Positions 47,584 through 55,316 of a stretch of 55,316 nt of DNA are shown one piece after another. This DNA comes from a virus (taxonomy: Duplodnaviria > Caudoviricetes). Positions within the stretch are counted from its first letter, which is position 1. Every line of letters starts with the position of its first letter. The notes beneath the pieces were generated by a model. It was not told where the DNA came from and ran no database searches. It saw nothing but the letters and a program-made list of their open reading frames with translations. The stretch spans positions 1 through 55,316 of the IMG/VR virus record IMGVR_UViG_3300046788_000307; one strand, written 5' to 3'. A program made the translations under genes and the position numbers.

Positions 47584-47768
47584 CAAGAAAACGTCAGATG
47601 GCAAGGCGGGCTGGCATAGCAAGCAAAACTGACATCACTAGCGCGGCTGGCATGGCTGGCGTAGCTGGAAAAGCTAGCGTAGCTAGCGTAGTTGGCGTAG
47701 CCGGCGTGGCTGGCGTGGCTGGCGCGGCTGGCGCAGCTGACGTAACTGACGAGGGTAGCGACCATCAT
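47580..47768 (-). CDS. ASx-repeat peptide with divergent tail
   Basis: MMVATLVSYVSCASRAS...; ATGA-coupled to the MTase. Confidence 0.7.
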   Translation of the reverse strand: MMVATLVSYVSCASRASHASHAGYANYASYASFSSYASHASRASDVSFACYASPPCHLTFSC

Positions 47769-48253
47769 TTGCCACGCTGCCATAACGTGGCGATATCACA
47801 TAGATTTAATGGGATATCGGTGTATGGTCGCCAATGGATGATCGAGCTGCAAAAATTATTTGTGGAAGGCTCAATGCCCGGTGGCGGATCGAATCGGACG
47901 CGCCTGTGCAACTGCCATAAATCAAGAACTAAATCGCCATGCGGCGCGACAATTTCATGCCACCATTTGGTGCTGTGATCATGCTTTGCGAGCACAAGCG
48001 CCCACTTGGTACGTCCAGCCTCGATTTCGGCAGTTAGTTTACGCATCCAGGGCAGGGGGTTGCTGTAAGGATGGTTTAGAAATACGCTCCGCCCCCACGG
48101 GTATATAAGGCCATCGTCGCCTTTTTCGAGTGAATATGCTGCCAGCGCACGCACTGATGATCTCGGATTAGAACACGGATCAAGGTCCACAAACGGCAAC
48201 CGGGCAGTTAGCCAAGCGGGTGTGCAGTAGGAATCGGTCGCTTTGGTTCCCAT
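47765..48253 (-). CDS. Phage Dam-like N6-adenine methyltransferase
   Basis: YCTP, DLDPCS, DDGL..PW, VFLNHPYS (NPPY variant), STKWW, RVRF. Confidence 0.78.
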   Translation of the reverse strand: MGTKATDSYCTPAWLTARLPFVDLDPCSNPRSSVRALAAYSLEKGDDGLIYPWGRSVFLNHPYSNPLPWMRKLTAEIEAGRTKWALVLAKHDHSTKWWHEIVAPHGDLVLDLWQLHRRVRFDPPPGIEPSTNNFCSSIIHWRPYTDIPLNLCDIATLWQRGK

Positions 48254-50661
48254 GGGATTAACCTCCCCGTGGCATCGAAAACAGGTTCGGCACCTTTATA
48301 CAGCCGGCGCATCAAGCAAGGCAGCGCTTCCACAGCGGCATGCATATCAGGACATGCGATACGCAAGGTCTCTTCCATGATTTCGCTACACCGCGTAGCA
48401 GCCTCGGCAGCGATCGATTCCGGATGCTCAAGTACAACTTCATCGTGGGCAAACAGAATCGCGCGCGAACTCAATAGTGGGGATGGCCCGCCATCCCAGC
48501 GTGAGACATATCTGGTGAAACTCTGTACGCGATGCGTACTATCGTAACATTCACGGGTGATTGCCATAAGGGCATTCTTTGCCGCATCGGCTAGTAATGC
48601 TTGAAAATACCCATTGGCAATCGCGTTGCCAGAGTTGATGGGATCGCCTTGCTCGTCAACCTTCCCCTGTTTAAAACCGCGCAAACGCTTGCTCATATGC
48701 TGTGTGACAGGTTGCCCCGCTTCATCAATCCGCTTGACATAGTCAAAATAGGCAGCATTTTCAGGCCACTGTTTGAGCCATTGCTCTTTTAGCTGCGTCG
48801 CACACTCGATGCATTTCAGACATGTTGGGGGCAACGGGCGATGGTGCCATTCGGTAACCTTGACAGTGCCGCAGTGTTGCGCAGCACCCATCAAAATACA
48901 AAAGCGCAAACCTTTATAGATGGTGCCATCGGGTGCAACCGTAGTATCTGCTTCTTTACGTTTTTGCAGGACGAGTTTAGCGGCGCCCATCCGCCCAGGG
49001 AAACCAAAGTTGGCTGCTTTGAATGCTTGTCGGAGATTTCCGATACGCTTGTCACCGGCTTTTCTACGCTTGACAGCATCCTCGTACGAGATGCCGAGCA
49101 TGCTTGCAGCACCCGCGAGGTGTGCATCTAGTCCGCGGTTTAGTGCCTCAGCAAGTCGCGAGGCACCGACAATCCAAAGGCAAGATTGTGCGTGTGTGAC
49201 GAGCTCGCCGCCCCGATAATCCTCACTGCTAAACAGATACCCGGGGCGCGCAGTGATGCACTCGCGTATACCACCCTCACGGGGCAGCAGTTGGATTACC
49301 CCATCGTACGAAGTGCGCCCCGTCTCAACTAGCGTATTGAATCGCAGATTGAGCGGCACTTCATAATAAGGCCCGGGACATGTGCATGCACCTTTGCGTC
49401 CCTCGCGTTGCGCCGGGCATCCTTCGGCATGTCCGGCAACTGGCGGACGAGCGGTGCGGAAATACGGAATGTACGTGTGGGGGATTTTCTTCCCGTCCTC
49501 GTATTCTGCAAAACTGCGCAGAAATTCGTCACCCGACTCAGTCAGCACGTCACGTCCGATGCCGATTTCACCGGATGGGGTGCGTGGTACATTTGTGAGC
49601 AGCAATCCGCTACCGTCGCACTGTTTACAGTTAATTTTCGTGCGCCCCTGCGTCACTTCGCTGGGGACCTTACCGCCACCCGCACAATTTGGACACCCAT
49701 CCTTGGCGCCATATGCGATAGCAACTAGGCGCTTGAGTTTGCTCTCATCCACACTACCCGTACTGCGGATGATGCCGGCATCAATAAAAGGTTGCTCTTG
49801 CCCCGCATGCTCAGATTCATATTTCGCCTGCAAAGCATCCACATCTTGCTGATCGATGTGGAACCCCCACGCTCCACCTAGTGCGCCACAAAGCTGCACG
49901 TATGTCTGCCTCGAGAGCTCATGGCTGTTTTGCCGGCGCTCGCGGGCACGGCAATACGCATCCCCGCCCGGCGGAAGTCCACAGCGCCGGCAACCGAGAT
50001 CGCTGCCAGGCCCGCCCGATGGCCACACGTGTGGCGCGCAGCTGGGCAGGTGCCCCCCTTGTGCGAGCGCCACCTCAAGTGTATTCACCGCATCGTCAAC
50101 CGGGTACGTGCGTGCCTCAAGTGGCCATTGTTCGATAGGCAAATGCTCGAGCAGTGCATAGGACAAACGAAATCTATCGTTCGCCTTAGCGTTATCGCGA
50201 CCTAGTACCTGCTGCACCACAGCATCTAGGGAATAGCGCCCCTTCATGGATTTGCCGGTAATCGGATCGCTCCCTAGATGCCCGCGCGCGATAGCGTGGA
50301 GTGCTTCCCAAACCTGCACGCAGATAACGCGACCGTCGACTTGTCCTAGTGCAGCGGTGCGCGCGGGATCATACATCGCCAGAATTGCCGGCATGAGATC
50401 TTCGCCACGTAATCCCGCGCGCACCGCCATGCACAGCACATCGTAAGCGATGTTCGCGCCGATTAGGGTGAGTGCGGGTGCATTTAGGGTGTGTTGGAAC
50501 ATCCCTTCGGCATCAGTTGCACTTACGAGATGTTTCTGCTGCGCCCACGCTGCACTGCCGCACACAACGGGCGGTGCGACGAGGCCCGGCTGCACCAGAT
50601 GGGTCTCGAGATCGAATGCCACCCCGTTATGCAGGAGTGCGTCGAGGCGCTCGGACTTCAC
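48208..50661 (-). CDS. polA: Family A DNA polymerase with 3'-5' exonuclease
   Basis: FDLET, NIAYD, TGRTS, DYRGGEL, RQAFKAANFG, HDE. Confidence 0.92.
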   Translation of the reverse strand: MKSERLDALLHNGVAFDLETHLVQPGLVAPPVVCGSAAWAQQKHLVSATDAEGMFQHTLNAPALTLIGANIAYDVLCMAVRAGLRGEDLMPAILAMYDPARTAALGQVDGRVICVQVWEALHAIARGHLGSDPITGKSMKGRYSLDAVVQQVLGRDNAKANDRFRLSYALLEHLPIEQWPLEARTYPVDDAVNTLEVALAQGGHLPSCAPHVWPSGGPGSDLGCRRCGLPPGGDAYCRARERRQNSHELSRQTYVQLCGALGGAWGFHIDQQDVDALQAKYESEHAGQEQPFIDAGIIRSTGSVDESKLKRLVAIAYGAKDGCPNCAGGGKVPSEVTQGRTKINCKQCDGSGLLLTNVPRTPSGEIGIGRDVLTESGDEFLRSFAEYEDGKKIPHTYIPYFRTARPPVAGHAEGCPAQREGRKGACTCPGPYYEVPLNLRFNTLVETGRTSYDGVIQLLPREGGIRECITARPGYLFSSEDYRGGELVTHAQSCLWIVGASRLAEALNRGLDAHLAGAASMLGISYEDAVKRRKAGDKRIGNLRQAFKAANFGFPGRMGAAKLVLQKRKEADTTVAPDGTIYKGLRFCILMGAAQHCGTVKVTEWHHRPLPPTCLKCIECATQLKEQWLKQWPENAAYFDYVKRIDEAGQPVTQHMSKRLRGFKQGKVDEQGDPINSGNAIANGYFQALLADAAKNALMAITRECYDSTHRVQSFTRYVSRWDGGPSPLLSSRAILFAHDEVVLEHPESIAAEAATRCSEIMEETLRIACPDMHAAVEALPCLMRRLYKGAEPVFDATGRLIPWEPKRPIPTAHPLG

Positions 50662-51446
50662 GTAAACAGCTCCCTATATCGAGTCAAAAATGCACGCTCA
50701 GCATCCGCCGGTGGCATGCAGCGAAACCACGCACCAAGCGGCGATACCTCTTGGTGCCACGGGCGATGGAGATACATCTCAGGATCAGCCATCAAATACG
50801 AAATCTCATCAATGAGGATCCGGTTATCAATATTCTTGATGATCTCGTGCGCTTTTGGTGTCCACTGCAGATGGAACGCCTCGGCGATTGCCTGCTCGAT
50901 TTTACTTTCGACCCGACGGAACTCAGCCATTTCCGGCTGATGTTTGAGTGGGCGGATCATGTCCCCGATATACGCCTCGGCACTATCGTGCATCAATCCC
51001 AATTGTGCCAAGTTGCGCACTTGCTCGGGGGATCTGCCGGCATTGCGCGCATGCACCTCAACAAATTTCGAGACCAGGATGCAGTGCTCGGCGACGCTGT
51101 AGAAGATCCGAGATTGCCCGCCGTAGCGACAAGTCATCGCTAGGCCATGTGCTACATCGGCGAGCTCGATATCCGCCGCGCGGGGATTGAGCGGATGGAA
51201 TCGCTTGCCGCTAAACGTTTGCATCCACCCGCGGTCGTCACCGGCATCCGGCTCAATCATGCGGGCTTCGTGGTCGGCTAGTGAGGGGATCGATTCCAAG
51301 CGAGTGCGTATTCCGTCCACTTCAACAATTGGCGAAGGAAATCGCATGTACTGCATAGTCGGCCGTGTCTCGAGCAGATGTGCGGCACCAAGATTCACGC
51401 CGGCACCAATTAGCGCGATAGCCACAATGACTACGAGGAGAATCAT
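50658..51446 (-). CDS. HD-domain (YfbR-like) nucleotidase
   Basis: MQTFSG, AHGLA..CRYGG, YSVAEH, LMHDSAEAYIGD..RPLK. Confidence 0.85.
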   Translation of the reverse strand: MILLVVIVAIALIGAGVNLGAAHLLETRPTMQYMRFPSPIVEVDGIRTRLESIPSLADHEARMIEPDAGDDRGWMQTFSGKRFHPLNPRAADIELADVAHGLAMTCRYGGQSRIFYSVAEHCILVSKFVEVHARNAGRSPEQVRNLAQLGLMHDSAEAYIGDMIRPLKHQPEMAEFRRVESKIEQAIAEAFHLQWTPKAHEIIKNIDNRILIDEISYLMADPEMYLHRPWHQEVSPLGAWFRCMPPADAERAFLTRYRELFT

Positions 51447-51898
51447 GCTCGCCTCATTTTCTGCATGCGTTGCGCCAGATGGTAGATTTTCCACCATAGC
51501 CATGTGCCTTGATGGGGGATTAACTGCCCGTCGAGTAACTGCACGCCATGAAATCCCCACTCACGCACCTTTGGTCCCATGAAGCACAGCGTAACGGCAC
51601 CGCCCGGGGAGACTTCGCAAATCGTGTGTCTATCAGTTGCCCGGATCCAATTCCACCAGCGGTTGCGTAGGATGATCCCACGTTCACCGCGATGCTCGCG
51701 ATACCAACCGCGTAAGATTAGGCTAAAAAATGAAACAGGATGGTCATGTAGATATGGTTCGGGATCGGGCTTATTGATCCAGTGCACGCACAGTGCGAAC
51801 CATGGCGTTTTCAGCAAATGTAGACGGGTGATATATCCCGAATCTGTAAAAGTCCAGCGCCATAGACACCATCCGGTGCCGGATTTATATGTCCGCAT
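51443..51898 (-). CDS. Cupin-like phage protein
   Basis: LHDHP.SF.SLILRG.Y.E, H.I, GPKVREWGF. Confidence 0.65.
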   Translation of the reverse strand: MRTYKSGTGWCLWRWTFTDSGYITRLHLLKTPWFALCVHWINKPDPEPYLHDHPVSFFSLILRGWYREHRGERGIILRNRWWNWIRATDRHTICEVSPGGAVTLCFMGPKVREWGFHGVQLLDGQLIPHQGTWLWWKIYHLAQRMQKMRRA

Positions 51899-51901
51899 TT
51901 A

Positions 51902-52054
51902 TCACGCTACCAGTTGGGCAATCTTGATAAGTTTTTGGGTCTCTTTGCGCACAATATCTATGAGTTCAGACCATGTGAACTCTTGTAGATCACGCATATC
52001 TAGTCCGAGGGCATCATGTAATTGACGCTGGTACTCTGACAGAACCTTTTTCAT
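51902..52054 (-). CDS. Small hypothetical protein
   Basis: GGAG SD; MKKVLSEYQRQLHDALG... (50 aa). Confidence 0.55.
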   Translation of the reverse strand: MKKVLSEYQRQLHDALGLDMRDLQEFTWSELIDIVRKETQKLIKIAQLVA

Positions 52055-52063
52055 CTTCGCTCC

Positions 52064-52137
52064 AAAGAAAAGAAAAACCGCTTACTGTCGGTGATGCAAG
52101 CAGGATCTCCCTACGCATCACAACCGATAGTAAGCGG
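52064..52137 (-). terminator. Long hairpin plus U-tract downstream of the SSB-like gene
   Basis: CCGCTTACTGTCGG/CCGATAGTAAGCGG and TGATGC/GCATCA stems; T-rich run follows on the minus strand. Confidence 0.65.
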
Positions 52138-52143
52138 CAAAAG

Positions 52144-52803
52144 TTACTTAGGCGGGAAGAAACCCGTCCAAGGATTAGTAGCGGGTGCCGCAACGGGCGT
52201 AGGCATCGTCACAGGCGCAGGTGTCGGCGTGACCGGCGATGCGGGTGCTTGCTGCGGGCGATACGTGTATGGCATGCGCTGATCAAGCGCCTGGCGCATC
52301 GCGATAACCGCTTCCTTTTCCTGTGGCACGTGGGTGTAGCTGATCCGCGTGTAAGGCTTCTTACCCTCTTTGGGCGGCTTGGTGTAACCGGACGCTTTGA
52401 TTCGAGCCCCGCGGCAAGGTTGGAGCTCGAGCTGTCCGCCCTCGGCGCGCGTCTTAAGGCACGCACGCGCCAGCGCCTGATGCGATGTGGGAGTAGTTTC
52501 GACCCCTTGCAGTGCGTTCATGAACGCCGCAAAGCGATCCTTGTCGCGCTCCCCGCCCGGGAACGGCGCAGGCTTGTCGAGATTCCACAGCGCGTCGTAT
52601 TGTGCGCCTTGTGCCGCTTGGGGATTATCCGATCCCTCGACAATGAAGGTAGTTCGCACGCAAAAGTTTTGCTCTTGGTTCGTGTAGGATTCAATCGATG
52701 CGACTACAAGATCGTGGTGTCCATCTGGGATAAAAGAGTTGTAATTCGAAGTCTTAACAGGTCGGGTATCGTTAAGCCTGTCCATGATATCGCCGTACGC
52801 CAT
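52144..52803 (-). CDS. Putative single-stranded DNA-binding protein
   Basis: Between helicase and PolA; OB-like beta pattern; Pro-rich tail ending WTGFFPPK. Confidence 0.5.
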   Translation of the reverse strand: MAYGDIMDRLNDTRPVKTSNYNSFIPDGHHDLVVASIESYTNQEQNFCVRTTFIVEGSDNPQAAQGAQYDALWNLDKPAPFPGGERDKDRFAAFMNALQGVETTPTSHQALARACLKTRAEGGQLELQPCRGARIKASGYTKPPKEGKKPYTRISYTHVPQEKEAVIAMRQALDQRMPYTYRPQQAPASPVTPTPAPVTMPTPVAAPATNPWTGFFPPK

Positions 52804-52886
52804 AGTCTTTTCCTTGCTTTCTTTATCGGGTTAGGTATCGCGATCTTTGTCTCTGTAGCACGCCGACGCGCGGGTGTACAGATTTA

Positions 52887-54854
52887 TTAGCTCTCGTCAT
52901 CATCTTCGGTATCATCAAGTTTTGCGAAGACTTCGGCAGCGAAACCTCCGAGGATCTGCTGCTGCATAAGCGTGGTGCCCTCAACATAGTACGCGGCTCG
53001 CAACGCATTCCGCACCCGTCTACGGAGCTCGCGGGTGTGCAGATAGAACTCCGCTTTCACCACATCGGCTGGTTGGCCGCTACGTCTCAAGCGGCCGGCC
53101 GATTGCTCCCACATATCCACGCCCCCCGGAAGATTCGCATACAGCTGCTCGCAAAATTTAAACTGCAACCCATTGGTGCCAGTTCCGTGCGCGTCCATGG
53201 ATACGAGGATGCTGCGGCTACCATCTTCCTGCAGCAACGCTTCGCGGGCATCCTTGCCCGCACCATAGAACGGCAGCTTGTGCTTTTGCGTCAAACGGCG
53301 CCCGAAAGGGCCGTACTGGAACCACACTATTCCGCGGTGCTCGCGTGCCCATGCCGCAGCATCGTCGACTAGAAAATCATCGAGCCACACATCATCCGCT
53401 TCGGGCTTAACCTGATCTCTAATTTCAGCCCACGGTAGCCACATCTGTGATGCCCATTCGGGAAGCCCACAATCGCTAGGGCGCTGGCCATAGGCACGTT
53501 GCGCGGCACGGATAGCGAGCTCGGGCGAATCTAAGTGCTCCTCGCGTCGCTTTAGCTTTTGCCGTAGCTCTTTGAAAAATTCGCGCCTGCGTTCTAGCCA
53601 TGTCAGCACAAGCGGCTCGTCACGCGGAAACTCATTGTGGGGGAAGATCCATCGGTAGTGGAAACCGCACGCGATCGTGCACGCACATTCAACCGCCTGT
53701 AGTGCCGTAACGAGCTCCTCACCATCCGGGCGGATAAATGCTAGCGCCTGTGTGATTAGGTCTTGGAGCTTTTTGGGGATAGGTGGTGCTTCGCGCTCAA
53801 GTATCTCGAGCTTGCAGTCCGCACTAGATGTGGATGTGGTAACCACACCAAGTGTTTCGCACTGTCGCCGACGCAATCCGGTGTATAGCGATTCGCCTGG
53901 CTTGCAACATCCGCTAGCGATCAGCCCGTCAAACAACGCACCGGGATCAGCGGGATTTTGTGACGGGTCGATCGCAGTGGACCAGCTGGCTACAACTTCT
54001 TTACTGCGAGGCAACGGAGATCCTGCGCCTAGTGCCCATCCCGCAAGGTGCGCATGGTTTTTTATCGAGTTACTCGTAATCGAACCGGACCACACCGCGA
54101 CGCGTGTACCTGGGTTCTCTTTAACGAACCGCTCGACACGTGAAACGGTGGAAGAGTCACGGTTACGAAGTTTCTGACATTCGTCCGAGACAATCGCGTG
54201 CGGGCGCACACGTCGCATCCAATCCGTTGCCTCGAGACGCTGCAGCCGTGAATAAGGCATCACTTGTAGTTTCGGGACACCTGGACGCAAGCGATCATCA
54301 TTAGGGCGCCCCTGGATTACCATGCTAGGCATCTGCCAGTGCTGGCCTAGGTAATCGTAATCCTCGACGAGTTGCCCGGCGAGTTTAGGGGGTACAAGTA
54401 GCACCACGAGGACGGATTCTGGATCCGTGCCGGCGGGCATGTGATGCAAGAAAGCAAATGGTGCGAGCAGATCCAATAATGTCTTGCCGTGTCCAACTCC
54501 GATCATCCCGACAAGCCCGCCGCAGATTGCGAGCTCGCGTAATGCCCATGCTTGGATGTGGCGTAATTGCGTGATGCACCCCTCGGCAGCATGTCGATCG
54601 GGATCGATCTGCGCACATTTGCATGCTTGCCGTGTAGCCGTGTAGCGTGCGGTCTGTTGTGCGATAAGTGCATCAGCACGTGCGGTGCCATCTAGTTCCG
54701 GTGCCCGCCGCGGCAAGGCTAGGATCCGTGTTAGTTCTTCCGAGCGTCCGACGGGCGGACGAGATCCCCAAGCTTCACGTGGTGTGATGATCTGACTTTT
54801 GTATGGCGCTACGCCAGGCATCGCGACGATTGTGGTTAGATCTAAAGGCACCAT
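52887..54854 (-). CDS. Superfamily 2 helicase
   Basis: GVGHGKT, SDECQ, WSGS, GTNGLQ, EQSAGRLRRSGQ. Confidence 0.85.
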   Translation of the reverse strand: MVPLDLTTIVAMPGVAPYKSQIITPREAWGSRPPVGRSEELTRILALPRRAPELDGTARADALIAQQTARYTATRQACKCAQIDPDRHAAEGCITQLRHIQAWALRELAICGGLVGMIGVGHGKTLLDLLAPFAFLHHMPAGTDPESVLVVLLVPPKLAGQLVEDYDYLGQHWQMPSMVIQGRPNDDRLRPGVPKLQVMPYSRLQRLEATDWMRRVRPHAIVSDECQKLRNRDSSTVSRVERFVKENPGTRVAVWSGSITSNSIKNHAHLAGWALGAGSPLPRSKEVVASWSTAIDPSQNPADPGALFDGLIASGCCKPGESLYTGLRRRQCETLGVVTTSTSSADCKLEILEREAPPIPKKLQDLITQALAFIRPDGEELVTALQAVECACTIACGFHYRWIFPHNEFPRDEPLVLTWLERRREFFKELRQKLKRREEHLDSPELAIRAAQRAYGQRPSDCGLPEWASQMWLPWAEIRDQVKPEADDVWLDDFLVDDAAAWAREHRGIVWFQYGPFGRRLTQKHKLPFYGAGKDAREALLQEDGSRSILVSMDAHGTGTNGLQFKFCEQLYANLPGGVDMWEQSAGRLRRSGQPADVVKAEFYLHTRELRRRVRNALRAAYYVEGTTLMQQQILGGFAAEVFAKLDDTEDDDES

Positions 54855-55114
54855 TAACCTCTAAGGCGACTGGCGTAGCTGGCGTAATTGGAGTAATTGA
54901 CGCAACTGGCGATGCTCGCGTAGTGGGCATAGCTGGCATGACTAGCATAGTTGATATGCCCGCCATAGCCGTAACTACCATAGTTGGCGTAGTTGGCGTA
55001 GCTGGCGCGGCTGGCGTCGCTAACGAGGCTGGCGTTGCTGGCGCGGCTGGCGATGCTAGTGTAGCTGCCGTGGCTGGCGCGGCTGGCGTAGCTGGCGAGG
55101 GTAGCGACCATCAT
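54854..55114 (-). CDS. ASx-repeat peptide with synonymous drift, ends RLRG
   Basis: 86 aa; TAATG-coupled to the helicase. Confidence 0.8.
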   Translation of the reverse strand: MMVATLASYASRASHGSYTSIASRASNASLVSDASRASYANYANYGSYGYGGHINYASHASYAHYASIASCVNYSNYASYASRLRG

Positions 55115-55316
55115 AATCCGCTCCTTAGCCGGCTGGCGCGGCTGGCGTCGCTGGCATAGCTAGCGCAGCTGGCGAAGCTGGCGTCGCTGGCGCGGCTGGC
55201 GTAGCTGGCGTAGCTGGCGTAGCTGGCGTAGTTGTCGTAGCTGACGAGGCTGCCGTAGTTGGCGCGGCTGGCGTAGCTGGCGCGGCTGGCGTGGCCGGCG
55301 TAGTTGGCTAGGGTCG
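55111..55316 (-). CDS. ASx-repeat peptide (5' truncated), ends RLRSGL
   Basis: ..TLANYAGHASRAS...SRLRSGL*; stop overlaps the next ATG. Confidence 0.7.
   Translation of the reverse strand, partial: TLANYAGHASRASYASRANYGSLVSYDNYASYASYASYASRASDASFASCASYASDASRASRLRSGL

Noticed and set aside
44909-47768. Classical RiPP cluster for the Ser/Cys-rich peptides
   Set aside because: No YcaO, lanthipeptide synthetase, radical SAM enzyme or transporter recognised. Host enzymes acting in trans cannot be excluded.

Overview
The window looks like a near-complete ~55 kb tailed dsDNA phage genome, probably podovirus-like (no tape measure, sheath, integrase or repressor recognised). Both contig ends fall inside the same repeat array. 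A host-like dnaN suggests a myxobacterial host (inference). The minus-strand arm (43.1 kb to the end, wrapping to 4.9 kb) carries replication and early genes: helicase, SSB-like protein, HD hydrolase, PolA, Dam-like MTase, MoxR/vWA pair, RuvC-like resolvase, Cas4-like nuclease and beta clamp. The plus-strand arm (4.98-43.1 kb) carries primase-helicase, a putative origin, terminases, portal, capsid, tail and ejection proteins, and lysis genes. The most unusual feature is a dispersed family of about 16 canonical (plus 3 degenerate and 3 stub) short peptide genes, mostly translationally coupled. They read MMVA(T/I)LA-(A-S-x)n-SRLRGG-like and are built from 9-bp GCCAGCNNC repeats. They are densest around an Sm-like/MoxR AAA+/metallopeptidase-vWA module that shares a promoter motif with two isolated copies. 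Other notable items are a terminase intein whose HNH endonuclease lies in an overlapping alternative frame, and a DNA methylase split by one extra CT in a microsatellite. All calls come from reading motifs by eye; no searches were run.
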